Assembly: GCA_964304625.1 (NCBI GenBank) | Contig: OZ199840.1 | Location: 10,177,220 to 10,241,219, forward strand | Length of the DNA stretch: 64,000 nt | Origin: Kudoa neothunni | Lineage: Eukaryota; Animalia; Cnidaria | Reading direction: 5' to 3' | The notes under the pieces: generated by a model | Database searches by the model: none | Told to the model about the DNA's origin: nothing | Seen by the model: the letters and a program-made list of their open reading frames with translations, nothing else | In this document: positions 1 to 12,735 of the stretch, piece by piece | Numbering within the stretch: position 1 is the first letter of the stretch | How the letters are laid out: every line of letters begins with the position of its first letter | Translations under genes and position numbers: made by a program

Positions 1-1199
1 TTTATTCATTTCTTAATTTTTGATAGTTTCCGTTTAAATCATGTAAGAACGTAATGCGTGTAATAATATCTTTTGTTGTTTAGTTTATTTGATTCTATGA
101 AATGGCGCAGCAAAATAATAGTTAATATTAAGTCTATTCAACCTCCAAAGTCTATCACTCGCTATTTTCATGTAAAATCGCAGCTTTGTTATCTTTTAAA
201 GTAACATATTTATATGCTGAGGCTGTAATTAGGTTGTCATCATTTTTTTCTATTTAGAAATAATCTATGTCCTCAAAAATAAAACTACGATATAGTTTAA
301 ACTGTATATTATCCATTATATTACTTTTTAAGTTTCACGCTCAAATTTGTACCTGGCCTCTGGTATGAATTTTAGCTAAATTTTCTTTATAAACGTTGGT
401 ACAACGAAAATCAGAGCATTCATTTATACATTTAAATAAATGAATGCTAATTTTAATAAAATAATTAGTTATTTTTATTCAGGTACATTATAAAGGCATC
501 TGTTTTGAATTTCCTGAATGATTAAATTAAAATCTAACTCGATATGGAATATGGAATTCGTTGGGTTTTTCCGCACAAGATGGTATATGAGGCAGGTTCC
601 TCGACTTTATTGTGTATAAATTAAAAGTATCGGAATTCCTTGAACCCCCAAACGATTTAAAAGTACCATTTCCAAACAGTGTTCCACGCTTTGAATTCCT
701 TATCAAAAATCGGCGAGAGCGAGAAGGCTGCCAGATTAATTAAACACCAAATAACATTTTTTTGAAAAGGGGAGTTTTTTGTGAACTATATGGATTGATT
801 ATAATTATTTGGCCTATTTAAATTGCTCCTTTAAGTACAGAACTTAATCAAGCGACTGTAATTTTTATTAATATAACCTAGTATTATTTTTATATAAATT
901 TTTTGTTTTTAATATTTCAAAATAATTATAATAACATTTTTAAGTTGGGATTGTTTATTGCTCTACATAAAAATGGTATGTTCAAGCAGGAATAAATAAT
1001 AGCTTCAATCGTTGAGTGTTAAGTCATGGGGCTGGAAAAGATATTTTTTCTATTGATGCCTTTAAAAAAATCGTAAAATTAGGAAGTTAAAATATCATTT
1101 AAATAATAGATCAAATTAAACCTTGACTTTGACATGGTGGAGGGGACGCGAGTGTAAAATTTGTAGGGAAACACTGCTCTATGGCATATGCAATACAAA

Positions 1200-2270
1200 G
1201 AGTTAAAAATATTTCAGATTGCTTTCTTATATTCATTACAAATGGATTGTGCTATGAGGCCATGAAGCATACAAATTCATTTGAAAGCTAAGATCAATTA
1301 AAAGACTCATACATTGATCTAGATTAATTGGAGTTAAAGGGATTCTTGGGAACTCTCATTTTGGTGGGTTTACGTAAAGATTGGGAAGAGTCTTTGCGTG
1401 AACTTTTTAATCTAACGGAAGGCAGAGAAATATATCGCCAACTATTCTCCTACAATCGATTTAGACAAACACTAGGAAGAGTGCACGATAAATTTTGTCC
1501 AATTCGTCAACTTTGGAATATGTGGGTGGAAATACTTTCATCGTGTTTTTCAATTGATGATGTCACTGTTGATGAACAGTTGGTACCGTTCAAAGGAAGA
1601 TGTGTTATTCTGTTGTCTACAGATACATCAAATGTAAAGATTTCCGAAAAAACGAAGAAAAAATAGCCAAATACAATTCCATGGTACAACACAACTAAGG
1701 GTGGCGTATATACATATACAATCGATAGAATGTTGTCATCTGTTTCGACAAGAAGATTTAATAGAGAAGATGGTCAATGACCGTATTTTTCAATATTATT
1801 GATATATCATCGGTAAATGCTTTTTGATTATACAAAAATATATTCGATGATAATGTTAAACTACGCCGAACCTTTTTGAAGGATATAGCAGAAGCATTAT
1901 ATCAACCATTATTACATAAAAATCCTAAAACCAAACAAATCTGTCAAAATATCTCATCCAAAATATACCCAGACAACTGCTGAACCACCTAAAAGTCCAA
2001 GCAGGAACGCTGTGCATTTTATCCTCATCAAAAGGATAGGAACTCGTTTAATCGACGTTTAAAATGCCAGAGTGTTTTCTGTTCAATGCGTGCTGCTAAC
2101 AAATGTTTCAATCGTTAAAATTATATTAATGTTTTATTTTTTCCATTTTTCTCTGAATTGTTACCATAGAATTTTCTAAAAACTTCCAAATTAGTTCATA
2201 ACAATTTTTACAATTAACTTAAGAACAAAAATCTGGGATTATTTTAACCCCTAATTTCGTTGGAGGGTTA
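1200..2270 (+). mobile_element. Decayed piggyBac (PGBD-like) transposon
   Basis: ORF 1328-1666 has ELKGFLG, DKFCPIRQLW and TVDEQLVPFKGRC. Downstream fragments read YNTTKGGV..IDRM and RRWSMTVFFNIIDI, followed by a Cys-rich tail, all broken by stops or frameshifts. The right end is ...GGAGGG|TTAA at 2261-2270. Confidence 0.85.
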
Positions 2271-3394
2271 ATATAGTTAAGCCTCGATTTAGCGTAGTAA
2301 TTCGGGATTTACTATGCTATGCTATAACAAATATCAAGCGTGGAGATTCATGCGTGTGCGTGTCAATACTTAATTTCAGACACCAATCACAAATGAAAGC
2401 ATATTCATGGGTTTCGTATGAAACGATTCAATTTTAGAAATATATCGGAATTATGCAACTATATTTTTAATAGTTATATCATTTAAAAACTACATATCAT
2501 ATATGAATCGATCTATTTGACTCTGTAACATATATACTTAATATCACTATTTCTAAAAAGCGTGAACATGGTGAAAAATCGTAATATGTCGTATCAACAG
2601 ATTTATATTTCAAAATAGCTGGATATCCCATGGTTAAAATCTTCTAGTCCCTGTTTCTGCATATTCAACGTTACAGTTTGATAAATGGTTAACGTGAGAG
2701 GTCTTGTCTCCCAAATGTTAGTGAGAAATATTATATGTAGCCAACGCTATAGTACTAAAATTCTATATTTAATGCACATTTTTATTTTGTAAAAATAACT
2801 TGTTTAAAAAATCATTGAGGAGAAACTACTGGATAAACATTTTTTTGTAGTAACTTTAAAATTAGTAAAGTTAAAAAATAGATCGTATAATTACTCTAAA
2901 AATTTAATAATAAATTTTTAAAGATAAAACTATTATAACTTTTTTCGTAATGCAAATAATTTAGGAAAAAAAATTTAAAAACTAGACAAACAATAACTGG
3001 ATTGTTTGATTATTTTAAAAAATCAATGTCAGATTTATAAAAAACAATAGAAAAGATAATCTATAATAAGATGCGTAAAGCTAAATAGAAAGGTTTAATC
3101 ATAAAACATCGATACAAAAAATTTGCCTAAATACTTCTATAACGTATAATTAACTTATAAGTTAATGTTTGATTAATGGAATGGGTTTTCATTGGTTTTT
3201 GGAAATTTAACGAAGATTTCACGAGTGCCAGCGCCGCCGAATTCGGGATTTGATAGCAAAGTTACATCTTACCCTATTTCCAATCCCCTAATAGTTGTCT
3301 GTTTTTTTCATTCATAATTATCTGAACTAGAAAATATTTTAAAAAAGTTTTCATATTTAAAAAACATGTTTAAGACACTGACTATTGACATGGA

Positions 3395-3530
3395 AGTTAT
3401 TAGCCCCAAATGTATAACGCGCGCGCAGTGACCATTTTTAATCTCAGGAACCTCTATTTTATAGTTGACCTATGAAGTTTACTTTTTAGAATCTGCAATA
3501 TTTAATTATTTATGGCCAGCAATTTCCCTC
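3395..3530 (+). repeat. Dispersed ~100-200 bp non-coding repeat (further copies near 4030-4120, 18500-18680(-), 46220-46390(-), 58050-58200(-), 59270-59410, 63405-63520)
   Basis: Shared blocks TTTTAATCTCAGCAACTCTTAC, TTTTTAGAATCTRCWATATTTAATTATTT and an AATCCYAAA..TACGC block, matched by eye between copies. Confidence 0.65.
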
Positions 3531-4780
3531 AAAGTTGCTAGAATGATTAAATACACTAAAAACTAGTGCCACCTGAATATTGTCGACAATGCTAATAGTA
3601 TTACCTTAATTTAAATTTCAATGCACAGAGATAATATTGAAAAGCATCATTAACTTATATAAAGTGAAGTGATCATTTAATTATAAATCGCCCAATTGTT
3701 GTTGGCTGTTAGTCAACAACAATAAAACGAAAATTCAGTTAAATACAAATTTACAATAACAGTCATATAGCAATCAAAGGTTGCTAAAAATATTAAGCAA
3801 GACGTATAAATAGCTATATCAGAGAATAATCGCGGATTTTGTTATTAGCAAATTTTCGCCGAACAACTTCAAACGTAATATCGAGTGCACACTCCACCTT
3901 TTGAATGATATGATTGACGAATTTCTCCGGAGAGGGTAACTAAATAAAGGCCGGCTATAGGCATGATAAATTTTTCTATTAACCCAGGGTTTGTTTTAGT
4001 AATGGAGAGAATTAAAATTATCCGAAATTTTTAATCTCAGCAACTCTTACTTGCAAACCGTTTACAGATTTAATTTTTTAGAATCTACTATATTTAATTA
4101 TTTCCAGTGCCAATAGCCACTTCCTTGAATAAATGACAACTTTCTCAATAACCTGAAAGGAAATGACCTTTCAAGATCATGTATTCAATTCTTCGTGCTT
4201 AGATTGTGTAAGTTATTAAATGTTTATTGTCCACAAATTCGTTTCTATGTGATTTAAAATTTCGGATAAATATCTTACATTTTCAATATTTTTTTATAAA
4301 AGTATACAATTAAGATGAAAAGTTTTCATAAAAAAATAAACAAATTTTCAAAAATAGATTTAAACACTTCTCAGCCCATATAAATCCTACAATAATGTTT
4401 CTTGATTAACCAGTATCATCGAACGTCGGAATCTATGTGCATTGTCGGAGAGCTGAGCTGAGCTGGAGCTGACACAGCATCTCAATTATCTAATAATGCG
4501 CATCCTCAAAATAATCACACGACTATTGCCGAAATTTAATCGTAGAGTTTGTCCGGTTGGTAGCTTTTGGTTTGCTGGAAGACATACTATCAGTTTTTAA
4601 ATATTATTTATCAAAGTATAAGTAGTTGCTTTTGATTGTTGGGAATGTTGGTGATGTGAGCTGATAAACATAAACCAAATGTACTAATATGCATACGTAT
4701 TTATTGTCGACTGTCGACCGCAGGCTGTCACTATCAGTTTCAGTGTATCTATTAGTTTATAATATGTTCACTGGTGTTTC

Positions 4781-5255
4781 CAGTCAGTCAGTCAGTCAGT
4801 CAGGCAGGCCTTTGTGGGCTTTAGTTTGAAACCTCACGCTCGAGGAAAGCAACGGTTACGACTGTCGATAGTTTGACTGGTACAACTTTGGTGACACTGG
4901 GGTTTTATTTGCCAAGTGCGTAAGCACATGCTATTTTCTCTAGTCAGTTCTTCAAAATACGGCCACGTGCTGTGTATTTTTAATGTTATATTGTGTGTAC
5001 GAATGTGTAGTTTAAATCGGTTGTTTGTGTTATAAATGCACACCCCCAAAATCGAGGTGTGTAGAGCGAATGATTATTATATGAGTTTGATCGCCTTTCG
5101 TAATCAACTGTAACTATTTTATTGATTGTATGAGACGTATCTCTATCAACCGATTACTAATGGTGCATTTTTGGGTATGAAGACCCCGCATTTACGTTTG
5201 TCTCGTGCTCAAATTCACTAACAACTCATTGGTATATCGAGAACAGACTGATTTA
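4781..5255 (+). ncRNA. Putative structured RNA element (5' leader or 5'UTR intron of PNUTS); family unknown
   Basis: Dense set of helices: 5015-5023/5147-5155, 5037-5044/5056-5063, GTGC-GTAA-GCAC 4916-4927, 4873-4880/4940-4947 and others. Many G-U pairs work only on the + strand. Confidence 0.45.
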
Positions 5256-5266
5256 TGCAATTTAGA

Positions 5267-7964
5267 ATGAACGAAACCTCTAAAATTTCATCCAAGACCA
5301 ACACACGTATGACCCCCTCGAGTGTGTTAACCAAGTATAAACACTATCTAAGTAATGATGGCTCAATAAGGGCAGTTTCAGAAGCAGTTTGGTTCTCAAA
5401 GTAGTAGATTTTGGATATCGCCACCGAGCTTTTGTATTGAGTATCATCAATTTAGAGTGATGCCTAAGATCACCCACAACGTCGAAAGGTGTATGTTATT
5501 GAACATCATTGATGCTACTGCTACACATGCGTCCCCTCCTATAATTGAAAAGTACCCCACAATTAATTTGCTCACCCTCACCCTCACTATTCCGATTGCT
5601 GTTGCTGTTGCTATTGCTATTGTCTTTAAGATTTCTCAACAACGGTGGATGGGTCACAATAGATTCTTGGTATCAACACTATTTGGAAGAAAAGAACACT
5701 GGTTTTCTTCTTCATATCACCAAGGTGATTGCACGCAATTGATTTATTGATTTATAGTTGTACACTAGATTCTTAGCAGATTACCTATAACAATTCAACG
5801 TTTGCGAAATGTGACTTGGAGTATAGTGGGTGATTTTGGTACTAATTTTGTGTAGGTTACAATTGCGAAATCGGTTAAAGCTGCCTCAAAAATTCCCGAT
5901 CTAAGTACTACTTACCTTAAGTGAATAATTTGTTTATAGCTTTTGATATGCTAGAACTTAAGCAATCATCAAAATTATTGATCAAACGTTGGAAAGCTTT
6001 GGTATTAGAAACCAAGAGTAATCAAGAAAGTAATTGGTTCTGTTCCAATAACATGTACAGTCATCTTTCACTTAGAAAAGTCTTCTGATGCTAAAGCAAC
6101 AACAAGTATGATTATTATTGTTTTTTGAGCACCGAGTGATTTTATATGACGTTTGATAGCGACCTCAATAAAGAGGACCAAATCCCCCGAGCCTACTGAT
6201 GACCAAATCAAAATTGGTATATTTGAGCTTGTTTAGAATCTGTTTCTAATTATAATGTACTAGTCAAAGAAGATACCACTAATTCAGACTCTAACAGTTT
6301 CGTCGAACCGGTTGATGCTACGAATGAAAATCAACAACAACCTATCATACCAACAATCAATGAACCGAATTATATGGAGTCGACGGATGTATTTCTGATG
6401 TTTATTCAACTCAATTTGTGAGCTTAAATTTCAGGATCCATACGACCAACGACAGGATGCACCATCTTACAATGCAGGCTATGAAGATGAAGAAGCCAGC
6501 TTCCATTCTGAGGTCATGGAGGAAGAGTACAGCAATTTGGAACAAGGCGATAGTACCATCATTCCAAATACCATTGAAGATAATTCCAATAAACTTAAAA
6601 AAACTAAGAGAAAGTCCGTGTCATGGAAACCTGAGACCAGCCTTGTGTCTGTTCGTTACTTTGAACGAGATGAAAGTCCATCCCAAATGTCAAACAGCGA
6701 TGCAACCTCAACCTTGGGAAGTGATTCCAAGTACTTAATTTACATACATACACCTGTGATGCTCATATACGTCGGCGCTTTTTTATCGAATGTTTTTGTC
6801 AATTTTACCAAAATAAATTGATTTAGTTCAAATGGAAACACGGCAGAAGGTTGGAAAAATTTAATTCCTGTTGAACATGCTACTGATTCACCTGTGAAAT
6901 CATTTGGTAGTTCTAGTAATGGGAAAGTACTTCAGGTATTATGAATATTTCTTAGCTATGTGTGCCAATTTTTCTATTTTAGTCGAAGAATGAAGAACAG
7001 TTCATGAGGATGATCAAATTAAGTGTTGATGTTATAGAGTTGTTATTAAATTTATTTGATTCTTGTTTGTAATAGTAAAAAATTATTATTGTAGAAATAA
7101 ATCCTCACCTATTGAACCCGAAGGTGCAGATCTTGGCGCTGGAATTAAACCTAGAGTTGTATTTGTTTGTTCAGCTTGATGTATCATCTATTTATTGTTG
7201 TTTGTTAGTATCCTAAAAGCACCAACAGCGTTGCCGTAGGAAGTCGCGCTGTGAGAGCACCTCCACAAAACCCTCATCTAAATTATCCCCAAATAAATGC
7301 ATATGGTGGCTATGGTATGATATTTCAGGGTTCATTTATTGTTATGTGGTTGGTGATAGGTGGTGAATTTCCTGGAAGAGTCGGTCATCCTCAACATGGA
7401 TATCCTGGAGGTAGAGGTGTACCAAGAATGGGTTGTCACCCAAATCAGTTCGAACCCCCTGTACCTTATAATAGAGCACCTTATCCACGACCTCATTATC
7501 CAACCAATCAAGGACATGGTTTCAGTCGGTTTCCCGTGGATGAGAGACATCCACCTCATTTCCAACCACCGTACAACACGGGGCGCCCTCCTGTGAGATA
7601 TGCGACTAATCAACCGCTACATCAGAGACCACCCCCAAATGTTCATTCGAATGAAAATCACAATCGTGGTTTACCAATCCAACACATCCAACCTCAGGAG
7701 GGTTCTATGCCCAAACATCCAATGGCTCCCTCCTATGCTCACCCACCTCCACCACCATCTCAATCAAATTATCCTAACCAAAACTCTGTTCCCCCTCAAC
7801 AAATCTCATCCAACTTCAAACCCAATTACCCTAAAAGTTGTTTTGTTCTTGCAAATTACTGTTAATTCAACTTTTTAATAGCAATAAAATGCCGCGTTCA
7901 TTCCGCTGGTGGAGTTTGTAGATTCGGAGATAAGTGCAGATTCATTCATGATGATCCTTCTTGA
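5267..7964 (+). CDS. PPP1R10: Serine/threonine phosphatase PP1 regulatory subunit 10 (PNUTS), multi-exon
   Basis: Spliced exons give a TFIIS-N-like domain (LSNDGSIRAV, ERCMLLNII, FLNNGGWVTIDSW, LSRLPITIQRL, LLIKRWKALV), the PP1-docking motif KRKSVSWK, a Pro/Gly/His-rich region and a terminal CCCH finger CRVHSAGGVCRFGDKCRFIH. Short GT-AG introns. Confidence 0.9.
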
Positions 7965-8233
7965 TAAGGTTAACACCTTCACAATTCCAATTCATACGGA
8001 ATGTCCGTTTTTCTAACGTTTTGTATATAATTTATCCACGGTGTCTTTTATTCAATTTGCGATTTCACTTAAAAATTTATTTGCAACAAATGCATGATCC
8101 CTTATTTATTTAGTGAATATGCATACGTTATATTAAATTTAAAATATTTTCCGCAATATATTTCGAAAATATGTAGTGGTTTTTGACTTCATTTCTGTGA
8201 AAAAATATTGAATTTAGGATTAATTCTCTAATG

Positions 8234-8515
8234 CAGTGTTTCTCGACCGGGGGTAAATTCAGCAACATCAGCATGGGATGGGTGTAATACTTGTAGAATG
8301 AGGTGGTTGGCAAATAATATTTAATCATCAATAGTTTTGAGTACTTTTAATTATTTCGGACCCGTAGGAAGGCAAATGGACCAGAAATAATTCAACGTAG
8401 AAAAGTCCAACAAAATTAAATCTGTCATAGCTAAAACAATATGAAACCTTAAAGTAAATATGAATCGGCTTCCAAGGTATGGGGGTAAATTTGAAAAAAA
8501 GATTTAGAACCCCTG
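8234..8515. mobile_element. hAT-type MITE
   Basis: Ends CAGTGTTTCTCGA...TTAGAACCCCTG, with near-perfect 8-bp TSD ctctaatg/ctctaacg. A related decayed copy lies near 45886-46490. Confidence 0.75.
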
Positions 8516-9865
8516 CTCTAACGGACCTTTGGTCTATGGGATCTCATGTTTTTTATTTTACGATAATTAATAAAAAAAATTTCAACATGCAACGCAAATT
8601 TTAGGAAAAGGGTGACTCATTGGATCAGTTAATCCACTAGAAATCAATTCTGCAAGTTAGGGTCATGCCTCGACGTTGCGTAGTTGTTCAATATCTATTG
8701 AATTTTCTAATCATTTATAAATTTAATGATGTTACGCAACAATTAAATTATTTAGAAATAAAAAATTAATCCGAAATCGCTCAGTATTGCGTAGTAATTT
8801 TGACCAGAAACTTAAAATCGTCAGTTATTATATTTCAATTGAGTCAATGAAGGGTTGGAATACGAACCTCATCGAAATTTGGTCTTAGTAATAGAATAAT
8901 TATAAGTTTTGGTAATAAATATATTAAAATTTAAAGATCATCCCACCCTCTGTAGAATCCTATCAATCGTGTTGGATTATCTAGAACATGCGCTACTGCT
9001 CCACTTTCGGAGCATAATATTGTGAGAATAAAATCCCCAATATGTCACCCACTATAGCGTGGCTGACATATCGAACTAACTTTATAATATTATGGTAGTA
9101 GCGTGGTTGTTAATTTAGTAAAACGTATTCCTATGACCGCATTTCATTTAACAGATAGAACGAAAATAACCTATTCTAAAAGAAAGAGAAATGCAGTTAA
9201 AAGTGGCTATTTCTCTAAAGATGAGATAAAACATGGAAAACCCATATTTTCATTATATAAATGGATTTATGTTAAAAAAACGAGTCAATAAATGATTTAT
9301 TCGCTTTTTTTGCACAACGCGCAACTTGATATTGCATAATTAGTTGGCGGCCTCAATTTAAGAAAGATTAAACTATGAGTTTGAGTCAGCTCAAAATTGT
9401 CCGATTTTTACTCTTCTAATTCAAAAAAATTATTGCATTGCAAATTCACAAAAAATGGAAATTAATCGCTGTTGATTTCATTCCGAGAAATTTTCAAGTA
9501 GACAATTATACATTTCAATAATTCTTTAAAAGAATTATTAAAACAAAAATTGAGGCTAAAAATAATATACTAAAATTCTATGAAAATAAGCACATTTTAA
9601 CATGTTATATGTTATGCTCCAGTTCCAGTTGAGACCGAGATTTCGGATATGGGTTTCATCATTATTAGCGATAAGACAGTTTTATGTGCTGGAATTCTGA
9701 ATGCTTGAATTAAAAAAAAACTCTGCTATTGGTGGTGATATCCAATGCTAAGTTATCATTACAAATGTTTGATATCAATTTTCAGAAAACTCTAATTTTT
9801 GTCAATACCTAAATAAATCAAAATTTAACTAAATATCGTCTACTTGACTAATTTCTCTTAATATT

Positions 9866-10240
9866 AATGAATGAATGAATGAATGGTCGTACATAAAAAT
9901 AAAACCTCATCCAGGTATATTTGCTATGTGTTATTCAAAAACCGAACGAAACACTGTAATACAAACGTTTGAACAGGCTCCAAAACAAAGTTTGATTAAT
10001 TAAATTATCAAAAATCGCCTTTTTGAGCGTTGCTTATCGACAAAATATTTTTACATTAACTAGCTTTAGCTATCGCTTTTATGAAAAGAGAATTTTTGTT
10101 ATCTGGAAATGTCGAAAAATCAGAACAAATATGATGTTGTGCTCTACAATAGATGATCTTGTTTCGAATGGGGATATTTTTCAACATATAATTAAATATT
10201 AGTTCTGTTTTTACGAACAATTCTGAGTTGTCCGGCAAAA
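9866..10240 (+). repeat. Dispersed repeat, second copy near 27420-27920 (probable DNA-transposon derivative)
   Basis: Shared blocks ATGAATGGTC, AAACAAAGTTT..TTAATT..TTAT..AATCGC and CTTT.ATG.AAAG..ATTTTGTT. The 27 kb copy ends in TTGGCAACGCTG. Confidence 0.55.
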
Positions 10241-10859
10241 ATTTTATTTATTCCTTCTATAACAGTATTAAATAATTCTTACTGTTGGAGGGATTTTTAT
10301 TTCCAAAAACTGATATCAACTGGTTAAAGAATATCTTGATTGAATTGAAAAAAGGTTATTACGTGGTAGGAAAAAGAGATTTTAGGCAATTTTCGCAAAA
10401 CTTGTTGTACAATCGTCATCTACAAAATTTTGAGTGATTATTTTTTCACATAGGAAAATTTTGATCAGTGGTCACCAGGTTTTTACTGATTGAACAAATA
10501 CCTTCTTGATTTTGTCTTAAATTTCGTCCAATCGTTGATTTGTGAATATTTATACACTCAACAGTTTATTCATTTGTGTATTTCTGAGGCATTTCATAAG
10601 AAATCAAACTGACATTAATTACTCCTGCTAATAGAATAACTCTACTTCGCATTCTTATAGGCAGGCAATGCCACATATTTTCTTGTATTTATGTTAATTT
10701 CATTTAAAATACTGTAAACACATCACCCACATTGTGCATAATATAGTTGGTGAATCGACTGAAAATAGAAAAATAAATAACAAAAAAAGACGCGAAAATA
10801 AACGTAACACATTTAAACAACAATGACAATGAAAAATGTCATAAGAAAGATTGAAAAAT

Positions 10860-12598
10860 TCAAACATGATGGCTGATTTCATAGATGACTGCATCGAGAA
10901 ACTTTTCGCACGATTCGCCCCCATTGATATCAGGAGTCCTGGCGATATCATTCGCCACTACAATTTTAATAGCCGATCTGATTTTCTTAGCCATCTCGTG
11001 GTAGCCTAAATGATCCAACATATCGCAAGAAGCATGTAGCATGGCCATGGGGTTTGAGTATTCTGCATCTTTTCCGTAGTCGCAAGCACTTCTAGTGGCA
11101 GCTTCAAAAAGTGCTAATTGCTTTCCCTTTTGGAATATAAAACAAATTACACAAAATTCTCTTCACATCATTGGTAAACTACAGTCGAAAAATTGGAACC
11201 GGAAAGAATTTGATTGCTTCCAACCAAACCAGAACTGATATTGATGATAATGCTGCCGTAGAGATTGGGCGCGACAATCACACTGAATTGTTGTGGCTGT
11301 TTCACCAGTTGCATGGAACAATTGTCAATGATCATAGATTTGAAATTGATGTTGGGATAGTTTTGTGCGATTTGTTGGCATTCACTCAAAAACATGCCGT
11401 CGCCCATTTTGATAATGTTGGCTTTATGGATGCAATGGACAGTTCCTCGGTTTTCTGTGGCGGCTAATTCAAATGCAAACTTTGCAATTTGTTGACATCG
11501 ATGTCTAGTGGTCACCTTGAACATTTCGGCTATTCCATTTTGTTTATGTTGATGTTCGATACTGGAATATTCGCCCTCGGTATTCTGACGAACAATCACA
11601 AAATCGATATCATTCCTCAACGAAAACGATGGATAGCTTTTCACCCTGACCACATCAGCCCAAAGATCAAGTTTCTTACGAAGTACCATATTCGGAGAGC
11701 ACACATTACCCGATTCAGCAGTGTCCGAGTCGAAATCAATATTTGTGGTCCATTTTCCTTTCAGAGCCACCTTGTTTCTCTTCACACTATCAAGAACGCT
11801 GTTCATGTGTGAGGGATCCAATGCTTGTTGTCCATTGACATTGAGCACCTCATATTCTAATGGTGCTTTTACGGCCTATATCAATGGCAATCAATCACAA
11901 TCAGTTGTAAAGTGTGCCGAAAAAGAGAGCGGGATAAAAGCCGTCTCAAATTGATCAATCGCCAGCATAATCCAAAATATAATGAAGGGGAGTTTTCCTC
12001 TTGCACCTCAAATAATATTCTCGTTTTTAACAGAAATTAATTTATATAATATATTTTTAATAAAATAAATAATTTATTATTCAAATTAATCCAGTATAAC
12101 TTTCAACAATTAATATGTAATGATACAACACTATAGAGATAAGTATGTGAGTACAATGGTGGTTATCGTGAACAGACCAAATAACCAAAAAACAGCAACA
12201 AAGTTATTGTCACATGAGCTGTTAAATACAGCAGGTTTCCGATGTTAACCGAGTTGTTCACCCACCGCAGATTGAGCCTTAGAGCCGCACGCTCAACCTG
12301 ATGATTAAACACCAAAAATAGTATTGAAGCTGTGTGGTGATAACAGAGCAAAAATTTGATAGTTTAAACAAATAGTCTACAAATATAGCCTTTAAAACGA
12401 TAAATAAACGACCGCATTATGGCACGAAAGTAGGTGAAAAGTTTTTGAGACGCCATTAGGAGGGTCAAAAATAAAGCTTACATTTAATACATCAATTAGC
12501 CGATGAATAATATAAGGATGAGCACCATCACCAGTTATCATGGTTACTTTTTGGGAAAGATTAGACATGCATCTTTTGAATACAAAACCTGACAGCAT
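10860..12598 (-). CDS. Mitochondrial NAD-dependent isocitrate dehydrogenase, non-catalytic (beta/gamma-type) subunit; 3 exons
   Basis: Presequence-like MLSGFVFKRCM, then VTMITGDG, RNKVALKG, LRKKLDLWADV, VRQNTEGEYSSIEH, IHKANIIKMGDGMFL, MIIDNCSMQLV, PNLYGSII, NPMAML and RTPDINGG. Introns 11876-12481 and about 11127-11182. Confidence 0.92.
11876..12481 (-). ncRNA. 606-nt IDH3 intron 1 with a putative multi-branched RNA structure
   Basis: GTAAGC...TATAG intron. Closing helix 12444-12452/11942-11950 and several internal stems with sense-strand G-U pairs. Confidence 0.45.
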
Positions 12599-12735
12599 CA
12601 CTTGAATCGGGTAACGGTTCGGGTTCCGAAAAGTTTAAACTGGAGCGTCATTATTGCATTAAGCCGATTAACGACGGATCTAGTCATCAGAACTTCCCGC
12701 ACACGTGCAAAGAGGGTTTTAGCTGTAGCGCAACT
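12599..12735. promoter_or_regulatory. Compact bidirectional promoter region (IDH3 subunit / nucleophosmin-like)
   Basis: 137 bp separate the divergent ATGs. The interval is relatively GC-rich and contains CACGTG near 12702. Confidence 0.65.

Noticed and set aside
11955-11980. TPP riboswitch (UUGGAUUAUGCUGGCG resembles the P5 loop)
   Set aside because: No correctly placed GCUGAG or CUGAU elements, and the stem is weak.
11876-12481. Telomerase RNA, RNase P/MRP or a group I/II intron
   Set aside because: No CUAACCC template, no P4 CR-I/CR-V pair in the right order, and no P7 partner or domain V. The ends are ordinary GT-AG.
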